From the NCBI RefSeq assembly GCF_006345805.1, contig NC_043015.1:9548001-9612000 (forward strand): 64,000 nucleotides of DNA. Direction: 5' to 3'. The stretch's first letter is position 1, and every line of letters starts with the position of its first letter. The notes beneath the pieces were generated by a model that saw only the letters and a list, made by a program, of their open reading frames with translations, had not been told where the DNA came from and searched no databases. Shown in pieces: positions 1 through 11,289 of the stretch. The DNA is from Octopus sinensis (taxonomy: Eukaryota). A program made the translations under genes and the position numbers.

Positions 1-34
1 CTTCCCTTTATTCCAAGTCGAACATGTTTTGCAT

Positions 35-66
35 ACACACACTGGCACACACACACACACACACAC

Positions 67-99
<33 letters not shown>
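35..99. repeat. (AC)n microsatellite
   Basis: Direct reading of CA dinucleotide run; explains the HT-rich ORF 29..283. Confidence 0.95.
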
Positions 100-102
<3 letters not shown>

Positions 103-215
103 TTTAGAAATCAAGTGGATTCACAGAACTATAGCGAGCCTCGTCATAGGATCATTATTATCGTTCCTTCTCTGCAAAGAATTTCATTTCCTCTTTATCC
201 TTATCTCCCTTAAGT

Positions 216-1110
216 ATGGTGCTGTGTACGGAGAGTGCAACAAATTTAGTGCACACGTACTTAATGTTCCGACTAGTGAATAGTACCGACGAAAAAAAAA
301 GAAAACTAGTTAAAAGTAATTACATCTACGATATTCATTCGAACAATAGAAAACAAGGAAAACAATATTGGAGATGTGAGAAAAGAAGGAAATTTCAGTG
401 CGAATTCACACTTGACGGAAACGAATGAGCCGAAAATCATTTATTTTTCTAGTCAGCACCTTCATCCAGCTGATGTAGATTCCATAAATTCAAGAAAAGC
501 AGTTGTAGAAATAATGTATGAAGCTGTAGAAATCATAGAATCAAGTTCGTGTAGTAAAATAGCGGCTGCATTTACGCAGCTAGCAGAAAATACTTGCTCT
601 CAACTTCCTCGTCTGCTTGTACATTCAAGGACTATTCATGGGTGCCGACAAAAAGGATTCTGGATTTTCCGCTAATCGAGGGGCTAGAACTGGCTTAGAA
701 CTACCTGAAGAATAGTGTAAACTTGATAATAGCATATAGTTTCTGAGATATGATTCGGGTTTCAAGGATAAACAGTGCATGAAATATTTGGAGCAGAAAA
801 TTCTCTTAAAATTATAGCATCATATCATCATTGGATATGTGATAGAATGCTCAAATTTGTGCCAGTACAGTGGATTCAACTGGTTAGCGTTCACGTACAA
901 GTCCATGGTAGCAGTTTTCCATGGGTTTTTGCATTACTGCTGAATAAGACAAATCAGGCATACGAATTATTTCTCCAACAATTAAAACTTACGCAACCTA
1001 ATGCATATACGCTTGATCTCATGACAGATTTCGAAGTTTTAGTTCATAAGGCGTTTAAGTCATCATTCCCTAATTTAATTCATCTTTCGTGGAATATATG
1101 TTCCCTTTGA
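216..1110 (+). mobile_element. Degenerate Mutator-like (MULE) transposase with N-terminal FLYWCH-like domain
   Basis: Broken ORFs 216..428 (YIYDIH...YWRCEKR..C), 376..675 (HLHPAD) and 775..1110 (WICD...VHVQV...PWVFALLLNKT..AY..F...LMTDFE...AFKSSFP) match FLYWCH and MULE DDE motifs; interrupted by stops and frameshifts. Confidence 0.8.
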
Positions 1111-1487
1111 GCCAATAAGGCCAAAAGACTTGGACGTAATGATGTTGGGTAAAGTCACATCTAACTAATAAGTTACAAAAAGAAAATGACTCTCCGCAGT
1201 CACAACAGAATATGTATATATATTTCGAAAATGATTTCAAACGAATATGTAATCCTGGCGTTCACTGTGTCCCCACTGAAATCGGTTTTGTGTGCCGTAT
1301 GATCATTGGTAATGTTGGTGATACTCTGATGGTAATGTAACGACAATAACACCAGAATGATCATCTAACAGTGTATGGTCGAATAAGTTGAAACATGCAT
1401 AGGTCCACAAAAGAATGCAGTAAATAACCATTGTAGAGAAAATTATACAGGTGGAAAACTTACCTTTCCTTGATCATTATTAGCACT

Positions 1488-1488
1488 A

Positions 1489-1539
<51 letters not shown>

Positions 1540-1575
1540 ATATATATATATATATATATATTTATTTATTTATTT
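1488..1575. repeat. Compound (TATC)n(TA)n(ATTT)n microsatellite
   Basis: Direct reading. Confidence 0.95.
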
Positions 1576-1783
1576 ATTTACACATACATATATCACAGAA
1601 TAAAGTTGTACAGTACAGCACAGGTGGAAATATATATGAGAGAATGTTTGAAAATGCAATTTCAAAGATGATTATTGACTTGACCAGTTTCACTTTTTTA
1701 GTAAAAAATTGTTAAATGTAAAATGTAAAGCTCTGTATAAGCTTTGTTGCGTTGAGTACTGATTATAATAAAAGTTTAATAAT

Positions 1784-1839
1784 ACAGTTATACATTTATT
1801 CTTTGATAATAACAGTTATACATTTATTCTTTGATAATA
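1784..1839. repeat. Perfect 28-bp tandem duplication
   Basis: ACAGTTATACATTTATTCTTTGATAATA at 1784-1811 and 1812-1839. Confidence 0.9.
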
Positions 1840-1875
1840 ATAAGAGAATATTTTTAAAAAACGGTTTTTATAAAT

Positions 1876-1940
1876 GTCGTGGTTAAGAACGCAGGTTACC
1901 AACCCCAAGGTTCACAGTTCGATTCCAGACAGTTACCTGG

Positions 1941-2017
<77 letters not shown>

Positions 2018-2054
2018 TGATGATGATGATGATGATGATGATGTTAATAATAAC

Positions 2055-2115
<61 letters not shown>

Positions 2116-2260
2116 GTAACATCGGAAATAACTTAGGAATGAGAACCCAGGTTCGAAATATCCCCAAGACACCTGATGAAGCCTGGAGGGTATATCAACC
2201 GAACGTTTTGTTAACAACAACAAAAAATGAGAACAATTATCCGTCAATTCTAAATAATGT
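1876..2260 (+). mobile_element. Composite tRNA-head/(AAT)n/hammerhead-tail SINE-like element, copy 1
   Basis: A-box-like GTGGTTAAG, B-box-like AGTTCGATTCC, long (TAA)n/(GAT)n, then shared tail ...CTTAGGAATGAGAACCCAGGTTCGAAAT...AAGACACCTGATGAAG... with a decayed hammerhead (GAAC instead of GAAAC). Confidence 0.8.
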
Positions 2261-3371
2261 CTTTATATTTTATTTTCCTTATTATAAAGAGAGACTTACA
2301 CTTACTATATTCTGTATTTGAACAGACACTAGTAAGACCGACATATTAAAAGTACATACGACTTCAACTTTTGAAAAGCTTTGAATTATTTATTACACCG
2401 TTATAAAAAAAAACATCATTATCAGTCACAGCTCTAGACTAATTGCTTCGCCTACAGTAATGTGATATCAATCATGGTGCTTTTAATTTGTCTGGCGAAA
2501 CAATTTCTAGCCAAATCTGCAGAGAATTTACTGCAGAAAATTACGAATGCGATATATCTTTCTTTCAGTTGCAACTTTCCAGCGTAGTCAAAAATGAAAT
2601 AATAATTTTAATATTATAATTTATTTTAAACGTCGTTTAAATCTTTGGTAGTTAAACACCGTTTGTCGGTTCTTGATTTTGCTGTAATTAAGTGTCCGTC
2701 ATTACAAATCCATTTTTATCTAATTTCTCATTAACAGTCATTAAACAAGTTTAGTTAAAATAATAAACTATCAGTTGTCAAGAGATTCAATAATTAAAAA
2801 GTAGCATCCCATTTTAGTGATAAAATAAATATCATTAGATTGCACAATTTGTGCTATTTTCATCAACATTACAATCGATTTGTTTTCGTTTAATTTATTT
2901 TTATATGTAATTACACAAAATTTAATTACCCAAATTTTTTTTAAAATTAGTTGGTCTCCCCACTAACCTAGAGTAGATCCAAAAATGAAAATTATTGAAT
3001 ATTGCATGAATTTTTTATTTCTCTTCAAATAAAAAATTAATAACTATTTCTGTTAAATATTCTGTGGAAATGATTGGATAATTTTACAAGTAGCCAAGAG
3101 CTATTCGTAGCTAACTAAACATTTGCTGTTGTTTTTTGTCTTGTCACAGGTGCATTTCACTGGTGATTACGAATTTACTTTGGCTAGTGATGTCAAAATT
3201 TATATGCGATGGTACTAATATTTACTATACTACACTGATATCAAACTTCAACACGTTTCCTTCGATACATTCAATATCACATCGTTAACCAATTAACTGA
3301 ACATATAAAAATTTATTTAGTCATATCACACCAAACAGAGAAGGAAAAATATTCTAACAAATAACCATAGC

Positions 3372-3562
3372 AATTTTAAGACTGCGGTTGTTTCGCATTT
3401 CCCCCCACTGCGACCGATATAGTTTTTAGTGTGACTTCTATCTGGTGAAGTGGTCTTATATATACACTACAGATGCTTTGACTACATGTTCATTTAAAAC
3501 ATTGAAGTGAACAAGATATATATTTTATAGATCTAAGGTAGATGTATACATAATTAATATTT
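3372..3562 (+). repeat. ~190-bp segment duplicated at 5247-5436
   Basis: AATTTTAAGACTGCGGT...CACTGCGACCGATAT...ACATTGAAGTGAACAAGATATATATTTTATAGAT is present at both positions with few substitutions. Confidence 0.9.
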
Positions 3563-3754
3563 GACGATATTTTCCATCTTGTTTGTTGTTCACACAACGT
3601 TTCGGCTGCTATGAACTCCAGCCTTCATCAGGTGATTTGGAAAAATTCGAACCTGGGTTCTCATTGCTAAGCTATTTTTCATGCTATTATTATTAATATT
3701 ATTTTTATCATTATTCACTGCTTGGTCACTGCTTGGAATCGAACTTCGAATCCT
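3558..3754 (-). mobile_element. Composite hammerhead-SINE, inverted partial copy
   Basis: Reverse complement contains B-box AGTTCGATTCCAAGCAGTGAC, a short AAT run and the shared tail with a hammerhead motif; head-to-head with the 3756-4130 copy. Confidence 0.8.
3591..3636 (-). ncRNA. Minimal type I hammerhead ribozyme motif (PLE-type), best-preserved copy
   Basis: Minus strand reads CAC-CTGATGA-A-GGCTG(gagttcatag)CAGCC-GAAA-CGTT-GTG: intact CUGAUGA and GAAA core, 5-bp helix II, 3-bp helix I (CAC/GTG), palindromic ACGT helix III. Confidence 0.65.
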
Positions 3755-3755
3755 C

Positions 3756-3892
3756 TGGCGTAGTGGTCAAGACCGCGTTCGAGTTCAATTCAAGGCATTG
3801 ACCTGAATAGTAGTCGTAGTAGTAGTAGTAGTAGTAGTAGTAGTGTAGTAGTAGTAGTAGTAGTATTAGTAGTAGTAGTAGTAGTAGTAGTA

Positions 3893-3935
<43 letters not shown>

Positions 3936-4130
3936 CAATAACAATAACATCGAAAAACAGCTTAGGAATGAGAACCCAGGTTCGAAATTTACCCAAGAGA
4001 CCTGATGAAGGGTGGACGATACATCAGCCGAAAGGTTCTGTTAAAAACAAACAAGATTAGGACAAATATCTATCAAATGTAAATAATGTAAATAATGTCC
4101 ATAATTCCTCATCTCTTAAATATTAAACTG
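3756..4130 (+). mobile_element. Composite hammerhead-SINE copy
   Basis: TGGCGTAGTGGTCAAG head, (TAG)n(TAA)n, full tail ending ATAATTCCTCATCTCTTAAATATTAAACTG; CTGATGA at 4002-4008. Confidence 0.85.
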
Positions 4131-4324
4131 AGGTAGATGTATTCTTAATTATTTGTTTTTTTTTTAAATTTTAGTTTATAAAATATTTGTCCATCAATAT
4201 ACGTTTAATACAGGATGTTACACTTTTCTAGAAACGATTTGCTCAAATATTCGAATTCGACTGAAGTTATTTGAGTGGTATATATATTGAGGCACATACA
4301 GAGAGTAGATAGCAGGGATGGGAT

Positions 4325-4481
4325 AATTTACATTATTTACATTTGACAGTTATTTGTCGTCATCTTGTTTGTTGTTAAATTTTGTTTTCTGCAGATATAC
4401 CCTCCAGCCTCCTTCAGGTGTCTTGAGGAAATTTCGAACCTGGCTTCTCATTCCTAAGGTATGTTTCCATGTTAATATTAC

Positions 4482-4522
<41 letters not shown>

Positions 4523-4531
4523 TATTATTAA

Positions 4532-4576
<45 letters not shown>
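4325..4576 (-). mobile_element. Composite hammerhead-SINE, inverted headless copy
   Basis: Reverse complement of the shared tail plus (ATT)n, abutting the head of the + copy at 4577. Confidence 0.75.
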
Positions 4577-4578
<2 letters not shown>

Positions 4579-4666
4579 GTGGTTAAGAGCGCGGACTACT
4601 ATCCTCAAGATTCTGAGTTCGATTCCAAGCAGTGACTTGAATAATAGAAATAATTACAACAACAAC

Positions 4667-4704
<38 letters not shown>

Positions 4705-4850
4705 CAACCTCGAAAAGTACCTTAGGAATGAGGACCCAGTTTCGAAATTTCCTCAAGAGACCTGATGAAGGGTGGCAGGTATATCAGCCGAAAGGCTGTG
4801 TTAACAACAATCGAGATAAGGACAAATATCAGTCAAATGTAAATAATTTT
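4577..4850 (+). mobile_element. Composite hammerhead-SINE copy
   Basis: TAGTGGTTAAGAGCGCGGACTACT...GAGTTCGATTCC head, AAT/AAC run, tail with CTGATGA at 4762-4768. Confidence 0.85.
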
Positions 4851-4852
4851 AA

Positions 4853-5246
4853 TCTTTATATATAAAAGTCAAGTTGTGTGTCTGTTTCCAACGATGTAGA
4901 TTCCTAACTACTCCCACATTTTGCGGTACAGTTTATCCAAAACCGGGTATCTTATAGTCGTGATTCATATCGAGCCCTTCTGGTTATTAGCGCGCGTCTA
5001 CGATGGGTTCTACGATTTAAAAAATAATTTATCATCATTTTATTTCCATTTTAATGCATTTTGTCGCTATTAAAAAAGGGAAGTAACTCTCTAGAAATGT
5101 CTACAATGAGTCAACGATTTAAAAAAATTTACCATCATTTTTTTTTTCCATTTTTAATGCATTTTTTGCTATTTTTTGCTATAACTCTCTAAAATGCTTA
5201 TATAGTTATTTTCCTTACAAACACGAGCAACGCCGGGTGATACTAA
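4853..5246 (+). mobile_element. Non-autonomous Helitron (3' CTAG terminus missing)
   Basis: Starts A|TCTTTATATATAAAAG, ends ACGAGCAACGCCGGGTGATACTA; homologous to the inverted copy at 59809-60206, which has a complete CTAG end. Confidence 0.75.
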
Positions 5247-5436
5247 ATTTTAAGACTGCGGTTATTTCGCATTTTCCCCCACTGCGACCGATATAATTTT
5301 TAGTGTGGCTTCTATCTGGTGAAGTGGTCTTATATAGACACTATAGATGCTTTGACTACATGCTCATTTAAAACATTGAAGTGAACAAGATATATATTTT
5401 ATAGATATTAGGTTGATATATACATAATTAATATTT
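5247..5436 (+). repeat. Second copy of the 3372-3562 segment
   Basis: Direct sequence comparison. Confidence 0.9.
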
Positions 5437-6309
5437 ATCTATATAATTCCTCGTGTCTTAAATATAGACCTGAAGGATGGGATCTCCACACCGTTTCGTA
5501 TAATCAAATGTAAATAACTATGAGAACAAATAGCCATATGTCATTTTCACTGACGTGCTCTTTATGAGGAATTATGGACATTATTTACATAATTTATAGA
5601 AATAATGCAGTATCTACGAGCTTATTTTTCATGAACCACATACTGCAAAAAGTTAAATATCGATGATAGTAACTGAAGCGCTATAGTAACTCTGAAATGT
5701 CTATCACCTTGATTATATCATTATCACGTGCTGTGTGAAGATTGAATGTTACACGCAGTATATAGAATTTAATAGTCGACATACTTGGCAGAGGGTTAGT
5801 TACGGTGTCTTAGATACAAATTTCTTCTACATAGAATTTGAACTCAGAATGTGAATATCAAACACTACATACGGTAAAAAAATGTATGCATTAGCCTGAA
5901 GTAAGCAACCCATTAATTTAAAATATGCTATGACTGTCATAAATATTACTTACCTGTAACATAAATAATTTTGAACTCTCATAGTCGGGAATATATCTGG
6001 ATTATATAAATATAAATTACAAGTGGCCTTCCCCTTCAGTCTCTATAAATCTTATATTAAGAAATATAATTCTGCTACGGGATATATGGTTGTTATTAGA
6101 TGTAGAATAAGTATTGGCAAGTAGTAGCCACTTATATGTTATTCTTTCTATCGAAAGTTTATATTACAGCACACAAGAAACGGTACTAGCGATACTGCAA
6201 AATCCTACATCGTTTTAAAATCGTTTTTAAGAAAGTAATACTAACGCAGCAATAGGCAATGAAACTGAATACAATCAATATATTTATACATTTATATACG
6301 CTTTTAAAG

Positions 6310-6580
6310 CCTAGCCAGCCTCATGGGTCCGGTATCCCGGTTTCTGTGGCGTATGTGTTTCCCCTAGTTGGACGGGATGCCAGTCCATCGCAGCGTTACC
6401 CAAGAAACAGGAAGAAAGAGTGAGAGAAAGTTGGCGAAAGAGTACGACAGGGGTCACCCCTCCTGCCGGAGCCTCGTGGAGCTTTAGGTGTTTTCGCACC
6501 CCCTCGCCTGGTCTGAGAATCGAAAACGCAATCCTCCAACCGCGACTCCGCTGCCCTAACCACTGGGCCATTGGGCTTCC
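6310..6580 (-). mobile_element. tRNA-derived SINE, family A (short-tail variant)
   Basis: Minus strand begins ...CAATGGCCCAGTGGTTAGGGCAGCGGAGTCGCGG...TTTCGATTCTCAGACC; homologous to copies at 23363, 24026, 50625 and 60352. Confidence 0.9.
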
Positions 6581-7806
6581 ACAATAAAATCAATTACAAT
6601 CTGATAAAGCTAATATTAATCTATTAAAAAAATCAAACGGCTGCTTGAGATATATTTTTCACCTGATAACGCCCGGATTCCTCCACTCTATCGTATGCAG
6701 ACTATGACTAACTATTCAAAATTTATTTACGAATTACACACATGTCTCCATTCAAATTATGTAGAGGTTTGTCTTCATATTTACTTACGTATTACAGGAC
6801 ATAACTTGATACTTTATGCCATATGAAGGAAATAACTTCATAGTTTATGTTAGCTAAAGTGGACTTTGCATGCTGTCAAGATATCTACTCGTAAGTATGA
6901 TTAGATATTATGTAATACACTCCATTCAGTCGTTGGAAATGGAGAACATTTTTTCCTGTAATTCTTTGCCTAAAACTACAAAAAACGGCTATAGTTGAGC
7001 AGGCTAGGAATCTCAACCTTAATCACCTATGATAAATGGTTTACTTTCCAAGGGTTAGCAAACTTCGAAACAAACACAGTGGCGGATACATAATATATGC
7101 GTAAGCATAATCCAAGCTTTCACATGTATATATCTTCTGTATTCTCGGGTATATTTATATATTCGCAACTGGCTTCATTAACGGGGCTAGGTACTTGTTC
7201 AGGCTTTATCTAAGCATTAAATAATGTTATCTTACATATTTAAATAATTACCTAATTTTACTGATACAGATCATTTTATTTCCTTGCATGAAACTCACTG
7301 ATCATTAAATGCAAATATTCATCACTATTCCCGCAAGATATTATTCTCCGATGTGATGCACTACGATAATATAACTTAGTGAATTAGACATTGTACTTGA
7401 TATGTAGCTGCTGAATTCATTTATCTCCGAGTGACATTAAAGCATTCTGTCAGTAGATTTCATTAGGTATATGAGATTTATCTAACAATAATTACCTTGT
7501 AATTTACAACTACATGTTAGCAAATGTGAAATGCTACTGCAACGAGTTCGCCTAATAAAACTGAACGGATGAAGATAATAGTTCACGCCAGTTTCTTAAT
7601 AAAAGGAAAACTAAATCTACAGAATACAATAAATATGAACCATTATACACAATTTATTTTATGTAGCACAATTAAATTTATTGTATATGTATTATACAGG
7701 TAGGATATCGACCAATTTATTAGTGGTAAATTGTTACAGCACATGAAAAAAATATGGCATGTTTTCTTTCAGACACATCGTACGCCAAGATAATTGAACC
7801 CGGCAA

Positions 7807-7952
7807 TTAGTTTAGGTTTTGGCGTTCTTCGTGTTCTGTAAAACAAAACTTCTCGCTTGAATGGAAACTTAAATAACGGTGAAGATTATAGCGTGCCATT
7901 AGAAAATCTCCCACTGTTGCCGTACTCTTTACTGGTATCATTCTCGGCTCTT
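7807..7952 (-). CDS. Candidate terminal coding exon of an unidentified minus-strand gene
   Basis: Acceptor atgtttcttttag, then an open frame (E)EPRMIPVKSTATVGDFLMARYNLHRYLSFHSSEKFCFTEHEERQNLN*; phase-compatible with exon 8358-8404. Confidence 0.35.
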
Positions 7953-8357
7953 CTAAAAGAAACATATCAAATATTTTATCGACTATTATATAAGTTATAT
8001 GGTATGCAATAGAGCGATATATATCTGATGATCTCTCAGTAAACATAAAGAGCGTATACGCTTATTTTGCTAGTGTGCTGTTTTATTGTGTTTTTCTTTC
8101 TGTGATGTCGTTAAAAAATATATATCTTGTAACGATTTTGTATTTTATAACGTTTTTCTTCTTTTTTTATAATATGGTATCTACCTTCTTAATTGAGTAA
8201 TCCTAATCTCACCAATACTACATTTCTTAAATTTTGAATGTCACTTGTTGATGATCTATCAGAATATCTATGTTGCATTGTATATTGGGGAAGTTGGATG
8301 TGTGTAAAGTTGCATAACGCATAGCATATACTTATGAGCGTTATGTATACTGCATAC

Positions 8358-8404
8358 CACACAATACAATGTTTAACTCAGAGTTCAGATGCTTAATGTA
8401 ACAA
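8358..8404 (-). CDS. Candidate internal exon (47 nt) of the same minus-strand gene
   Basis: Acceptor tttttttttccttctgctgctacag, donor GTG|gtatgc; only one open frame (CYIKHLNSELNIVLC, phase 2 to 1). Confidence 0.35.
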
Positions 8405-10982
8405 CTGTAGCAGCAGAAGGAAAAAAAAATCACTTGTCTGTTTTTTGTTGATTTTACGCCCAACTTGATGTCCCACTGGTCTATGGATTTGCGAATTAGC
8501 AAGCAACAGTGAATATCTTTTAACCGGAGCATGTCGTGCTGTTTTAATGGATAAAGTAACATTGATTACCATCATTCCGTTTCGCCATCAATTCTGGCTT
8601 ACTTCACTTTGATATCATTACACTCTTAATAGTCCCCTTTTAGATAATTTATATATCTCTCTAATTTCTAATCTCTAATTTCTAATCTCCTTACTCATCT
8701 ATAGAGGGAACGTGTATAAAACCTCTCTCACTTATATTCTCAAATAACCATTATAACATTTAGCTCTTGTTAATAGCTCACTGGACTCACACATATCTTT
8801 CTTTATCATAAGGATAAGTATGGATCTCCTAGAACCTATTCTGTCTTTTCCTTTCTCAAGTCCTTTGTAAAGCAAATTTGTTTATACTTCTAGTACTGAA
8901 GAGTACAGTGATATATAATAAATTTAATTTAACCTAATTAATTTAATTAGTTGTATTCAAACACGAATTTGCATCATTTTTATAACGCTGTAAGAAACGA
9001 TCATCTGCATGCATTAAAATTCTCTTATATATTTTCACATCTTCTCTTCTCCAAAATTGTTGAGTTTTATGGGATTTCTTTCCATAAATTCACAACACAC
9101 CATGTACAATTATTGTTTTCATACTCGCAATTTTACGCCAGTAAGCTACCAGCAACATATGAAGAATCTAAACTTGAATTTGAATTTTTCTTTTTGGAAA
9201 CCTCCAAATTAAAGGACGAATCCTATTGAACTTTTTTACACATACACACACATACGCATTTATTTAGAAAACTTGATGGCTTTATCTGGATATAACGGGA
9301 TAAATATCGATAATATTTGTGACAATGAGGTGACGGCAGTTGTGTGAGCATTGTATTACTTTTCCCTGTGGCGCATAATCATCTGGGAAATGCATTGCAT
9401 CTTGATTAGCAGATTAGAATGAATGAAATTTTGGTTACGATGACTGCACTAATGGGCAGATTTCTCCTACGCATAACGACAGTAACATAAGACATTTATA
9501 TCCAAAGAGTCTTGTGCTCGACTGCATGTGCCGGCAATTTATATATTTGCATAAATGTCAAATTAACCAATTGATTTGTCGGTGATGGGCAATGAAACCA
9601 ATCCTTTTGGAGTGGATTTTCAGAGACACAAACACTGTGCCGGACACTTGTAACAAAAACAGTTAAAAGTAGGGCGATAAAATCAATTCAACCTTTAAAA
9701 TCATATGACATTTTATTCCTTTTGTTTACTGGGTGACAGAACCACAGCGATTTGAAATTGCTTTCTCCGTTCGATATTTATAACATCTCTTTTATATCGT
9801 AAGTTGAGCAACACATTTTTATTAGTCCTTCATAGAGGTGCTCAGTTAAGAAACTAGGTAGAGTAATAAAAGCAACAAAGCAGATTTTTAAAACATGTGA
9901 TACTGCGCTTCGAATCATGGAGCTACCGTAACACGTTCGTCATTGAGGATAAACAACAAAAACCGCAATAAAATAACATCAGTGAAAACTACGACCACAT
10001 CAACAGCTTCAATAACAAGAATAAGAAGTTAGTTGATATTCGGAGTAATATTGTAGTCTTAATTTTAACGGACATGTTGAAATAATACAGGTAAATTGAA
10101 AACAGGAAGAACACAGTTACACAGATGGTGAGATATTTTAAAACTATTGTTCCTCACGGATGTGAAACGGGAGCAGTATGAACATTAAAATCAATAACAA
10201 AATCTGTATACCTTAGAAAACAAAGGCAAATTAACAATGACAATCTGATATAATCAATAATAATATTACAATTGTAAACAGTATATATAGCAAAATGGCA
10301 AATGAAAATTCAAACAAAATAATCTAGTGTTATATCAACCAGATAAATTAACATATTTATTTTAATAAAAACGCATTAAATGCAGTTTTTGTTCAATGAT
10401 TACGATTGTGATACGTGCACAAGCAGTGTAATGTAGTGTAAATAAATGAGCAGCAAACAACCAGTGAATTAACTGTATATAAAAACAAAATCCTCTCTAT
10501 CATTGCAAACTTCATACACTACTCAAAAAGCAAACATGTTAATAGTAGCAGAGTAGTAGTAACAAGGATTAAAAGCGAAAATAGAGCTTAAATACAATTA
10601 TTACACAGTACGTCAGTTACAACACTAGAAACAATAGGGATTAAACAAAAGAATTAAATGTGTACAACAATAAGAGCCACCATAGCCACCTACGCATTTC
10701 GACACACTGACAGGAAACGTATTCCTCAAAGTAGCAAAACACTGAAAGAAATGTTAATATTGTAATTCCAATGACTAAAGAAAAAAATAAACAATACATC
10801 GGGACAAGTCAACTCTTCATATGTTATCATCAACTGCAATTGGTAAATATCCCGTAGTCATAAAAAGACGTACTCACAAATTTTGATGACAGAACAAAAT
10901 CTCTCTACGAAATGCCTTTTTGTATTAAATTTATTTACATACATTATTTGTTTATTCAGATTTGTTTTCTTTCTGTTTGTAG

Positions 10983-11013
10983 ACGATACTGGTGAAAAAC
11001 ATTCAACAGGGAT
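10983..11013 (+). CDS. Candidate 31-nt micro-exon
   Basis: Acceptor tttgttttctttctgtttgtag, donor GAT|gtaagc; reads xDTGEKHSTG in phase 1. Confidence 0.35.
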
Positions 11014-11159
11014 GTAAGCACGTCTTCCGACATATGATATGTATATACGTATATACATTTTTTTGTCCCATTTATATATGTAAATATATTGCTTCCTTAT
11101 TGCCCACAAGGGTCCATAGAGTGGACCAACATGGACAGACAAGGGGATTAAGGCGATTA

Positions 11160-11245
11160 CATCGACCACAGTTCGTAGCTGGTACTTAATTTATCGACCC
11201 TGAAATGATGAAAGGCAGTGTGGAACACGACGGAATTTGAACTCA
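11160..11245 (-). mobile_element. tRNA-derived SINE family C, partial
   Basis: GGTACTTAATTTATCGACCC..AA..GATGAAAGGC..GGAATTTGAACTCAG, shared with copies at 37583 and 56455. Confidence 0.7.
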
Positions 11246-11289
11246 GTGGCGTATGTACTGCCCCGTGCTTACCTTATATTAGGTAAAAA

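Noticed and set aside
3150-3211. Segment after a good acceptor reading CISLVITNLLWLVMSKFICD, signal-peptide-like and phase-compatible with 10983
   Set aside because: The donor (gtacta) is poor and no upstream start exon was found; not supportable.
1883-4635. Poly-Leu/Ile/Tyr ORFs that look like membrane or signal peptides
   Set aside because: They are translations of (AAT)n/(ATT)n inside the composite SINE; the same applies at 27175-28061, 30951-31344 and 54879-55250.
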